Part shown: positions 27,820 through 35,760 of the stretch, piece by piece | Layout: each line of letters starts with the position of its first letter | Position numbering within the stretch: position 1 is the stretch's first letter | Assembly: GCA_000437255.1 (NCBI GenBank) | Contig: FR899104.1 | Location: 208,096-253,147, forward strand | DNA length: 45,052 bases | Source of the DNA: Ruminococcus sp. CAG:403 | GTDB taxonomy: Bacteria; Bacillota; Clostridia; Oscillospirales; Ruminococcaceae | Reading direction: 5' to 3' | Program-made: the position numbers and the translations under genes | The notes under the pieces: generated by a model | Databases searched by the model: none | What the model was told of the DNA's origin: nothing | The model's input: the letters and a program-made list of their open reading frames with translations, nothing else

Positions 27820-30147
27820 TTATGCACTCGGCAGGGTATTTACCAGACGAGCCAGATACTGTACCAGAATCAGCAAATCCTGATCGTTCACAGTTCCATC
27901 AGCATTCACATCTGCATTTGCCAGTGCACCATCGCTCAGTTCAACTGTGCCATTGAGGTATTTGCACAGACGAACAGCATCTGCCAATGAAACGTTGCCG
28001 TCTCCGTTGAGGTCGCCGTACCGCAGAACCGGCGGAAGTACGCTGGAAACAGCACTGGTAGTTGTCGTGGTACCGGTTACTGATCCAGTTGTTGTGGTTG
28101 TTGTAGTAGTAGATGCAGTACCAGTTGGAGTAGTTGTCGTCTCATCTGTTGCAGTGGTGGTTGTGGTTGCATCCGTTGTAGTTGTGGTTTCGTCTGTTAC
28201 AGTAGTGGTTGTGGTTGCATTCGTTGTAGTTGTGGTTTCGTCTGTTGCAGTGGTGGTTGTGGTTGCATCTGTTGTGGTTGTGGTTTCGTCTGTTGCAGGA
28301 GTGGTTGTGGTTACATCCGTTGTAGTTGTGGTTTCATCTGTTGCAGCAGTGGTTGTGGTTGCATTCGTTGTAGTTGTGGTTTCGTCTGTTACAGTAGTGG
28401 TTGTGGTTGCATTCGTTGTAGTTGTAGTTTCATTTGTTGCAGTGGTGGTTGTGGTTTCGTCTGTTGTAGTTGTGGTTGCATCCGTTGTAGTCGTGGTTTC
28501 GTCTGTTGCAGTGGTGGTTGTGATTGCATCCGTTGTAGTTGTGGTTGCATCTGTAGTGATTGTAGTTGCTTCAGTGGTTGTCGTGGTTTCTTCTGTTGTG
28601 GTTGTTGTTTCTTCTGTCGTGGTGGTTGTTTCCGTAGTAGTTGTGGTAGTCGTTGTCGTGGTGGTTGTTGTTACCGGCGTTTCTCCGTTTGCAGCAGCCT
28701 TTTCAGAAGCATAAACAGTTACTTCTGGGCCAATTTCTGCCACAACAGAACCTGTGTCATACATTGCATACAATGCAGCAGCTGCACCAACTAATCCAGC
28801 TTGATAGTCAATCGCTACTTCGTTGGAGGTTGCATCCTTTGCAGAGTCTGTGTAATCAAAGTTGGTGTTGGTCGGACCGCCAACCAGAGCGCCATACAGG
28901 GTATGTCCACCGCTGGAAGCATACTTTCCGTCCCAGTTGTTGTATTCATGCCAATCAGAACTGATTGTGATGTTGGATGCTGCACGGTGGTGCGGAGAGG
29001 TAGCAGAAATGCTGTTGTAGCCAACTACAAAGCATACATTTTTGCTGTTGTCACCCAGCAGATAGTTCATCTGCTGCTTTGCCCATGCAGAATAATCCTT
29101 TCCGGATTCATCTTTGTGTTTGGTGCAAACCAATGCGCAGAGCTGCATCAAGGTATTATGTCTTGCGCTGCCCCAGCTGTTGTATACATAATACTGATTT
29201 TGGCTTCCGTTTACTTTTCCATCAATGTAATTGGTGGCATTGCTCCAGTTGCCAGTGATTTCTGCATTGATAATAGCAGCGCCCAAACCGGAATTGTTAT
29301 ACATATAGTCCTGCTGTCCATAGTTGGAAGCGTTGGTGTATTTTCCGTTTTCCGTCTTGTAGGATTCTTCTCCGGTTGCCAAGTACATCCAACCAGCTGC
29401 CCAGGAAATATCATCCTGGCATTCTGTACTGTTGTAGTTGTTTTCGTTTGCCGGTGCTGGCTGACGATCTCTGATTGCAAAGTTGTACAGAGCAGTTGCA
29501 TAGGTCAGATCTTCCTGATTGCCAAAATTGATGTAATTTTGTGCCAAGGCAGCTGCATATTGAGCTGCAATGTCACTGGCACCGCTTGTAACTCGATAGA
29601 CATTTTGTCCAATATTGGTTCTACTTGCCATGCCTTCCGGTGCACACCAAGTGCTGTGGTCACTGTTAATGTCGACCTGGTAAACGAACTGGCTGACAGC
29701 ACCATTGGCATCCAGTGTTGTGGAAGCTTTAAAGAAATCACAGAAATAATCGGTAATAACTTTAAAATGATCGGTTGTTCCAGTTTTGTCAAACTGATCC
29801 TTGAACTCGTAATAAGTCCATCCCAGCGTGGAAGCAGTGAAGCCTTCTGTCTGACCAAATTTGATGTTGTCGCCGGCATCGTGGAAGCCGCCCGGAGCCG
29901 TATCGCCTGTATGGCAATCGTCTCTCCAGGAGAGTGCACTTTTTTCTCCAACCTGATCGCCGCACATGTTTGCATCGAAGAAATACAGGGAATACTGCAA
30001 AAGTTTTGCATAGTTATCCAATCCCAGATCTTCTGTTGAAGCAGCAGTTACACTGCTTGTCAGTGCGGAAGCCACTCCTGTTGCAGCCAGTACACCAGCA
30101 GAAACAGTTGCCAGCAGCTTCTTCTTTAACGTGACACCTTTCTTCAT
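27820..30147 (-). CDS. Cellulosomal GH9 endoglucanase (signal peptide, GH9, Thr-rich linker, dockerin)
   Basis: LQYSLYFFDANMCG, WRDDC, GGFHDAGD, WGSARH, PHHR and NEVAIDYQAG. C-terminal duplicated Ca-loop dockerin (GDLNGDGNVSLAD / ADVNADGTVNDQD, ~27826-28020). Confidence 0.92.
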   Translation of the reverse strand: MKKGVTLKKKLLATVSAGVLAATGVASALTSSVTAASTEDLGLDNYAKLLQYSLYFFDANMCGDQVGEKSALSWRDDCHTGDTAPGGFHDAGDNIKFGQTEGFTASTLGWTYYEFKDQFDKTGTTDHFKVITDYFCDFFKASTTLDANGAVSQFVYQVDINSDHSTWCAPEGMASRTNIGQNVYRVTSGASDIAAQYAAALAQNYINFGNQEDLTYATALYNFAIRDRQPAPANENNYNSTECQDDISWAAGWMYLATGEESYKTENGKYTNASNYGQQDYMYNNSGLGAAIINAEITGNWSNATNYIDGKVNGSQNQYYVYNSWGSARHNTLMQLCALVCTKHKDESGKDYSAWAKQQMNYLLGDNSKNVCFVVGYNSISATSPHHRAASNITISSDWHEYNNWDGKYASSGGHTLYGALVGGPTNTNFDYTDSAKDATSNEVAIDYQAGLVGAAAALYAMYDTGSVVAEIGPEVTVYASEKAAANGETPVTTTTTTTTTTTTTETTTTTEETTTTTEETTTTTEATTITTDATTTTTDAITTTTATDETTTTTDATTTTTDETTTTTATNETTTTTNATTTTTVTDETTTTTNATTTTAATDETTTTTDVTTTTPATDETTTTTDATTTTTATDETTTTTNATTTTTVTDETTTTTDATTTTTATDETTTTPTGTASTTTTTTTTGSVTGTTTTTSAVSSVLPPVLRYGDLNGDGNVSLADAVRLCKYLNGTVELSDGALANADVNADGTVNDQDLLILVQYLARLVNTLPSA
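28050..28675 (-). repeat. Thr-rich linker with a 48-bp tandem repeat (unit TTTTT[DN]ATTTTT[AV]TDE)
   Basis: The anchor TCTGTT recurs at 28145, 28193, 28241, 28289, 28337 and 28385, with a variant TTTGTT at 28433 (48-bp period). Shorter degenerate units follow. Confidence 0.9.
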
Positions 30148-30236
30148 TTACATTCACTCCTACTAAAAATTTGCAGCGTTGCATCCTTGCAATGGGGTGT
30201 ACGAACACAATAATCTGCATGCTAATAGATATTATA

Positions 30237-30265
30237 ATTGTAGCATGTTTTTCCTTTTTTGTCAA
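30237..30265 (-). promoter_or_regulatory. Sigma-A promoter of the GH9 gene
   Basis: Minus strand TTGACA, 17 bp, TGnTACAAT. Confidence 0.7.
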
Positions 30266-30320
30266 TGAACGAACCGGCAAATTTTCCCTATTTTTGCAGG
30301 GCTTTAGGAATTGCTTCCAA

Positions 30321-30373
30321 AGAAATGCCGAGCAGTGGAAGCGGGATTGCGCAACCAGATGCTCGGCGTTTCT
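30321..30373 (-). terminator. Long hairpin downstream of the Big_2-dockerin gene (terminator or 3' stabiliser)
   Basis: AGAAATGCCGAGCA...TGCTCGGCGTTTCT inverted repeat, 14 bp with one imperfect position; only a short T-tract. Confidence 0.5.
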
Positions 30374-30417
30374 TGCAGTATGTATGTTTTTTATATGATA
30401 GGGTTTGCGCTCGATGG

Positions 30418-31914
30418 TTAGGCGCGCAGCTTGTTCCAGTCGGGTGTGTTTCCGACTGCGAGTTCCGCATAGTAGGTTAAGATTAGCGTAGCGTCTGATA
30501 AGGTAATGGTGCGATCCTGATCCACATCGGCAGCAGAAAAAGCGGAAGCCTCATCGCAGACGATCATATCGGAAAACTGTGGATGTCCAGAAACCGCTTC
30601 CTCTGCGTAATACGTAAGCGTCAGGGTGGCGTCTGCTAAGGTAATATCACCATCACCGTTGACATCTCCGGTGTCATAAGCCCGATCTGAGATTACCCGT
30701 ACGGCACAGTATAGCACACCATATCCTGGAATCACGGCACAAATTCGTGTATTTCCAGTAGAAACGGCTGTTACGGCGCCTTGTTGATCGACTGTTGCAA
30801 TTGTTTCATCCTTGGAGAACCAGGAAACTGGTTCGTCTGCTGCTATGTTTTCCAAAAGCATAGACTGTATATCGCCCATTTGCATGGTGATATATTCCTG
30901 TTCTAGGAATGGTCCTGCAGCAATGGTGGTTCCAGTTGTCGTTTGTGTGGGAACTGTTGTTGTAGTGGTGGTTGTTGTTGATTCCGTTTGGGTTGTAACA
31001 ATTGCAGTTGTTTGCGCAGATGCTGCCTGTACGGTAACAGTACAGGAAAGAACCAGGTTTTCTCCAATTGCGGCAGAAACGACAACCGTTCCAGGATGAA
31101 CGCCGATGATGGTTTCATCAATGATATCGGCAATGGTGTCATCTTCGCTGGACCACTGAACCGTTTGATTGGGTGCAAGATCTAGAACGGTCAATGGTGC
31201 GACTTCGCCGACAGCTACAGTAAGGGCTTCCTTAGAAAGATGCGGGGTATGCTGGATTACCGTAACTGTACAGGAACAAACAACATTTTCCGGGAAAATG
31301 GCATAAACAATGGTTTCACCAGCCTGGTTGGCTGTAATCAATCCATCCGTAACAGAAGCAATTTGCGGATCGTGACTGAACCAGACCACATTCTCCATCT
31401 CCGTTGCTGTAAGCTGGAATGTTTCTCCGACAGAAAGCGTACAGGTGGATGCAGAAAGCGCTGGTTGATCAGTTGGAGTGGTTCCAGTTGTGGTTGATTG
31501 CGTTGTCGCAATCGGTGCGGAAGTAGTTGTAGCAGTGGGCAGATTGGTGACGGCTGGATGGGAAGCTGGCTGCACCACCACCCGGCATTGCAGGACATGT
31601 TCTTTGGAAATAACCGCATACAAAGTTACAATGCCAGGCGCAACACCGGTTACCATTCCGCTTTGCTCCACATCCGCAACGTCTGCATCCATTGTAAACC
31701 AATGTACTATTCGGCTGGAAGAGGCATGAAGTATGGTTAAAGACTTTTGCTCTCCCACTTGTAGGGTTAAAATCGGATCGGAAATTTGCATAAAGTCATA
31801 AGAATCCGTTGCTTTGGAATCTGGTTGCAGTGCTTTTGCGGATACTGATCCGCCCAGGCAACCAATTACCATCAAAATGGTGAGCATTCCTGCCAGCCAC
31901 TGTTTCCATTTCAT
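30418..31914 (-). CDS. Secreted protein with four Ig-like (Big_2) domains and a C-terminal dockerin
   Basis: Signal peptide, then four repeats of L.VGE...L......W.S.D..IA.V..G.VT.V..G...(I/V).A separated by Thr-rich linkers. Dockerin GDVNGDGDITLADATLTLTYYA / ADVDQDRTITLSDATLILTYYA. AGGAGG SD. Confidence 0.85.
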   Translation of the reverse strand: MKWKQWLAGMLTILMVIGCLGGSVSAKALQPDSKATDSYDFMQISDPILTLQVGEQKSLTILHASSSRIVHWFTMDADVADVEQSGMVTGVAPGIVTLYAVISKEHVLQCRVVVQPASHPAVTNLPTATTTSAPIATTQSTTTGTTPTDQPALSASTCTLSVGETFQLTATEMENVVWFSHDPQIASVTDGLITANQAGETIVYAIFPENVVCSCTVTVIQHTPHLSKEALTVAVGEVAPLTVLDLAPNQTVQWSSEDDTIADIIDETIIGVHPGTVVVSAAIGENLVLSCTVTVQAASAQTTAIVTTQTESTTTTTTTTVPTQTTTGTTIAAGPFLEQEYITMQMGDIQSMLLENIAADEPVSWFSKDETIATVDQQGAVTAVSTGNTRICAVIPGYGVLYCAVRVISDRAYDTGDVNGDGDITLADATLTLTYYAEEAVSGHPQFSDMIVCDEASAFSAADVDQDRTITLSDATLILTYYAELAVGNTPDWNKLRA

Positions 31915-31956
31915 AAAAATCCCTCCTAAAGATGATGCATCTTTTAAACATCGTCC

Positions 31957-31985
31957 ATTATAGCACGAACATATGTTTTTGTAAA
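31957..31985 (-). promoter_or_regulatory. Sigma-A promoter of the Big_2-dockerin gene
   Basis: Minus strand TTTACA, 17 bp, TGnTATAAT. Confidence 0.65.
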
Positions 31986-32085
31986 TAGAAATTTGAGCAG
32001 AGCCATCGACATTTATGGATCTTTTCCAAATTAAAAATCAGAAAGGAGGGACATTTTGATCTTAATCTACAAAAATGGAATAGGA

Positions 32086-32137
32086 AAGCCTATTGGATCA
32101 GAACATTTGCAAGTTCCTTTCCCAATAGGCTTTTTTC
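32086..32137. terminator. Intrinsic terminator hairpin (stronger U-tract on the + strand)
   Basis: AAAGCCTATTGG...CCAATAGGCTTTTTT; it lies downstream of the minus-strand PPi-PFK gene. Confidence 0.65.
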
Positions 32138-32173
32138 TATAATGGATTGAAAATTGGTTTGTACAGCCAGCTG

Positions 32174-33400
32174 TTATTTTAAGATTGCTTCCTGCACGGT
32201 GAAATGCTTTGGCAGCCCATTCTCCATTTGAATTTGCACTTCTCCCTGAATCAGCGGCAGGAAGTATTGCAGTGCTTCATCGGTGATATTGTTCTGCTGG
32301 GCATTTAAGAAAGAGGCAGGAAGGTATCGTTCCTGATTGGCAATCTTACTTGCCGACGCAGATTCAATTGCAATGGTATATGGCATGTTGCGGACACGGC
32401 GGAAAACCATTACCGTTCCGGTTTCTCCCTTTAAGGCACAGCGGACACCGGCAGCGCCGATCTGCTCGGCCTCTGTAATATCGGTCTTGGAACAAATATG
32501 GGAGGAGCAGCGCTGCATGACATTCAGTTCGATGGAACGCACCTTACATCCGATTTCATTCCGTACAATCTGTTCCAGTGCTTTGCCGACTCCGGATAAG
32601 TACTTATGACCGAAGCAGTCTGTTTCACCGGATTGATAGGCGGATTCTGCATCGCCGTCCAAGGAAACGCCTTCTGAAATGGCAACGACAACTGCCTTGT
32701 GTTTTGCCATTTCTTTTTTGACATCCTGCAAAAAGCGCTTTACGGAGAAGGTACATTCCGGTACATAAATTAAGTGTGGTGCAGATTCTCCATTCACGCG
32801 TAAAACACAGGAAGAGGCAGCCAGCCAGCCGGCATGCCGACCCATGATTTCAATAATGGTAACAGACGGGAGACTATATACCGTGCTGTCCCGTACAATT
32901 TCCTGTGTGGTGATGGCAACATATTTTGCTGCGGATCCAAATCCCGGGGTATGGTCGGTACAGGGGAGATCATTGTCAATGGTCTTTGGAATTCCGATGA
33001 CTTTGACATCTAAGTGAATTTCAGCAAAGTATTCTGAAAGCTTCATGACCGTGTCCATAGAGTCGTTTCCGCCAATGTAGAAGAAGACATTGATCTGTCT
33101 TCTCTGGAAACAGGCTGCAATGGTTTGATAAACAGCGTCATCTTCCCGCCAATCCGGCAGCTTATATCGACAGGATCCCAGTACGGTAGACGGTGTCTGC
33201 CGAAGCAGTTCCATATCGGCATTGCTTCGAATGATGCTTTTTAAATCCACCATATGATCCCGAATGATGCCTTCAATTCCATTGATGGAGCCAAATATAG
33301 CATCGATTTCTGTATGTGCCAGTGCTTCTCGAAAGACGCCAACTAAAGAAGCGTTGATGGCACAGGTAGGACCACCGGACTGTGCAACTGCAATATTCAT
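32174..33400 (-). CDS. pfp: Phosphofructokinase, D104/K124 signature, probably pyrophosphate-dependent
   Basis: AQSGGPTCAIN, GSCRYKL, IGGNDSMDT, PKTIDNDL, DHTPGFGSAAK and EIMGRHAGW. Confidence 0.88.
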   Translation of the reverse strand: MNIAVAQSGGPTCAINASLVGVFREALAHTEIDAIFGSINGIEGIIRDHMVDLKSIIRSNADMELLRQTPSTVLGSCRYKLPDWREDDAVYQTIAACFQRRQINVFFYIGGNDSMDTVMKLSEYFAEIHLDVKVIGIPKTIDNDLPCTDHTPGFGSAAKYVAITTQEIVRDSTVYSLPSVTIIEIMGRHAGWLAASSCVLRVNGESAPHLIYVPECTFSVKRFLQDVKKEMAKHKAVVVAISEGVSLDGDAESAYQSGETDCFGHKYLSGVGKALEQIVRNEIGCKVRSIELNVMQRCSSHICSKTDITEAEQIGAAGVRCALKGETGTVMVFRRVRNMPYTIAIESASASKIANQERYLPASFLNAQQNNITDEALQYFLPLIQGEVQIQMENGLPKHFTVQEAILK

Positions 33401-33454
33401 AATTTTTCTCTCCGTTTCTATGCAAGGATAATTTGCATCTCATAATACTTTTTT

Positions 33455-33483
33455 ATTGTACCTGTTTTTTCCAGACTTGTCAA
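33455..33483 (-). promoter_or_regulatory. Sigma-A promoter of the PPi-PFK gene
   Basis: Minus strand TTGACA, 17 bp, TACAAT. Confidence 0.7.
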
Positions 33484-33573
33484 TATTGGCATCTGAACAA
33501 TATATGGATTTTTCCATTTGGTGCCGTAAAAACAGACTTTTAGATGATTCGATGAAAATCGGTTTGAATGTTC

Positions 33574-33602
33574 TTGACAAACAAGAATGGGTATGCTATA
33601 AT
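33574..33602 (+). promoter_or_regulatory. Consensus sigma-A promoter of the ABC/adaptor operon
   Basis: TTGACA, 17 bp, TGnTATAAT, followed by the inverted repeat CAACTG-N8-CAGTTG (33610-33629). Confidence 0.78.
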
Positions 33603-33678
33603 GGCGTTGCAACTGATGTACAACAGTTGAATATCCAAACATTTCAAATTAGACAGGATCAGATATGGAGGAAGGAAT

Positions 33679-35037
33679 ATGGCAGGGAAAAGAAAACCAA
33701 TTCTCATTTCAGTCATCGCAGTTGCAGGTGCAGCAGCAGTTGCAACATCCGGTATTTTCATATGGAAGCATCAGCAGTCCTCTCAGGCAGATGGACTTGC
33801 ATATGTCACTTCCCTAAAAGAGATCAATACCGCAGCAGGTTATGGATTCCAGACCTACTATTCCGGTGTTGTAGAATCTCAGGAGGTGACCGAAGTCAAG
33901 GTGGACAGTGAAAAAACGCTGGATCAGGTATTTGTATCAGAAGGCGATTCCGTCAAAGAGGGCACTCCGTTGTTTTCTTATGATGTAACAGCCATGCAAT
34001 TACAACTGGATCAGGGTAATCTGGACATTGAACGCATGCAAAATGAAAATACAACCACCACACAGCAAATTCAGCAGCTGGAAGCAGAAAAACAGCAGGC
34101 AAGTGCGGACGATCAGCTTTCCTACACCACACAAATTCAGTCTCTGCAAACTGATCTTGCCAAAAATGAATATGACATCAAGGTCAAGCAAACAGAAATG
34201 ACCAAGTTGAAAAATTCCATTGAGCACGCAACGGTAACGGCAACCAAGAGCGGAACCATTAAAACAGTTCGGACGAAAGAGCAGATGCAGGCAGACAATA
34301 CGGATGTCATGCTTACCATTTTAGCAGACGGCGATTTCCGTGTCAAAGGAATTGCCAATGAACAGAACATTCAGACCATCTATCAAGAAGAACCGGTTGT
34401 GCTCAAGTCCCGAATTGACGATTCTACCTGGACAGGCACCATTTCCGAAATTAACATGGAGGCAGAAAACAAGCAGAATAACTCCATGGGCTATTACAGC
34501 GATGAAGCCAGCACCAGTTCTTCCTACGCATTTTACATTAAATTGGATACATCCGATGGCTTGATGCTGGGGCAGCATGTGCTGATTACACCGGCGGAAG
34601 GTTCAACCATTGAGAAGTCCGGCATCTGGCTGTATGCCGATTATGTGGTAGATGCTGATACTGATCAACCCTATGTTTGGATTGCTGGTAAAAAGGACAA
34701 GCTGGAAAAACGTTATGTGACACTGGGAGAGCAGGATGCAGCCATGGGAGATGTTGAAATTGCCGATGGATTATCTGGGGATGAATACCTTGCTTATCCA
34801 GCAGAAGACTATCAAGAGGGAATGCGTACCACCACCAGCTATGAAGAATACGAAAAGGAACAGTCGGATTCTAATTCTGATGAGATGCCTGCTGATGGGG
34901 AAGATATTCCTTTCGAAGCGATTGATCCCGATCAGTCGGTGAGCGGAGAGCTGGATCCCGAATTTGATGTGGATCCGGAAGAATCCGCAGAGCAGGATTC
35001 CAGTGCAGATGCTGCACCGGTAGATCCGGAATCATAA
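33679..35037 (+). CDS. MacA/HlyD-like membrane-fusion (adaptor) protein 1
   Basis: N-terminal TM, lipoyl half-motif VFVSEGDSVKEGTPLFSYD, coiled coil, second half VTATKSGTI, beta-barrel, C-terminal VEIADGLS and an acidic tail. Confidence 0.82.
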   Translation: MAGKRKPILISVIAVAGAAAVATSGIFIWKHQQSSQADGLAYVTSLKEINTAAGYGFQTYYSGVVESQEVTEVKVDSEKTLDQVFVSEGDSVKEGTPLFSYDVTAMQLQLDQGNLDIERMQNENTTTTQQIQQLEAEKQQASADDQLSYTTQIQSLQTDLAKNEYDIKVKQTEMTKLKNSIEHATVTATKSGTIKTVRTKEQMQADNTDVMLTILADGDFRVKGIANEQNIQTIYQEEPVVLKSRIDDSTWTGTISEINMEAENKQNNSMGYYSDEASTSSSYAFYIKLDTSDGLMLGQHVLITPAEGSTIEKSGIWLYADYVVDADTDQPYVWIAGKKDKLEKRYVTLGEQDAAMGDVEIADGLSGDEYLAYPAEDYQEGMRTTTSYEEYEKEQSDSNSDEMPADGEDIPFEAIDPDQSVSGELDPEFDVDPEESAEQDSSADAAPVDPES

Positions 35038-35049
35038 GGCGGTGAAACC

Positions 35050-35760
35050 ATGCTATTGGAATTGCAAAATATTTGTAAGGATTATATACAGGGAAAAGTA
35101 CCGGTTCCTGTTTTGAAAAATATTTCTCTGTCTGTCGATACTGGTGAATATCTTGCCATTATGGGGCCTTCCGGTTCTGGAAAATCTACTTTGATGAATG
35201 TGATTGGGTTACTGGATCGTCCAACCAGCGGACAGTTCTTATTAGACGGAAAGCCGATGCAAACTTGTACCGATCGGATGCTGTCAGAAATTCGCAATCA
35301 AAAAATAGGGTTTGTTTTTCAGAATTTTAATTTGCTGCCCCGGCAGACTGCATTGGACAATGTTGCATTGCCGCTTTTGTATGCTGGTGTTGGCAAGAAA
35401 GAACGAACCCAGCGGGCAAAAGAAGCGTTGATTCGAGTGGGCTTAGAAGATCGCATCACCTTTTTGCCAACGCAGCTTTCCGGTGGACAGAAGCAGCGTG
35501 TTGCCATTGCCCGTGCCATTGTAAACCATCCGCAGCTGCTGCTTGCTGATGAGCCGACTGGTGCATTGGATACCAAGTCTGGGGAACAGGTTATGGAATT
35601 GTTTCACGGACTGCATGAGGATGGTGCAACCATTGTCATGATTACGCATGAACGGGAAATTGCAGAGCATGCACAGCGTATCCTATATATTCGAGATGGT
35701 ATGCTGGAACAGGAGCCAGAGGAATCAGGAGGGAACTGCCATGAAGAAATTCTTGCGTAA
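35050..35760 (+). CDS. ABC transporter ATP-binding protein (MacB/LolD-type)
   Basis: GPSGSGKS, IGFVFQNFNL, LSGGQKQRVAIARA, LLADEPTGALD and ITHE. Confidence 0.95.
   Translation: MLLELQNICKDYIQGKVPVPVLKNISLSVDTGEYLAIMGPSGSGKSTLMNVIGLLDRPTSGQFLLDGKPMQTCTDRMLSEIRNQKIGFVFQNFNLLPRQTALDNVALPLLYAGVGKKERTQRAKEALIRVGLEDRITFLPTQLSGGQKQRVAIARAIVNHPQLLLADEPTGALDTKSGEQVMELFHGLHEDGATIVMITHEREIAEHAQRILYIRDGMLEQEPEESGGNCHEEILA

Noticed and set aside
28050..28675. Periodic repeats as a possible CRISPR array
   Set aside because: The units are contiguous, in frame and have no unique spacers; no cas genes are present.
27947..28714. 255-aa poly-Val ORF on the + strand
   Set aside because: It is the antisense shadow of the Thr-codon repeat linker of the GH9 gene (ACN reads as GTN on the other strand) and has no SD.
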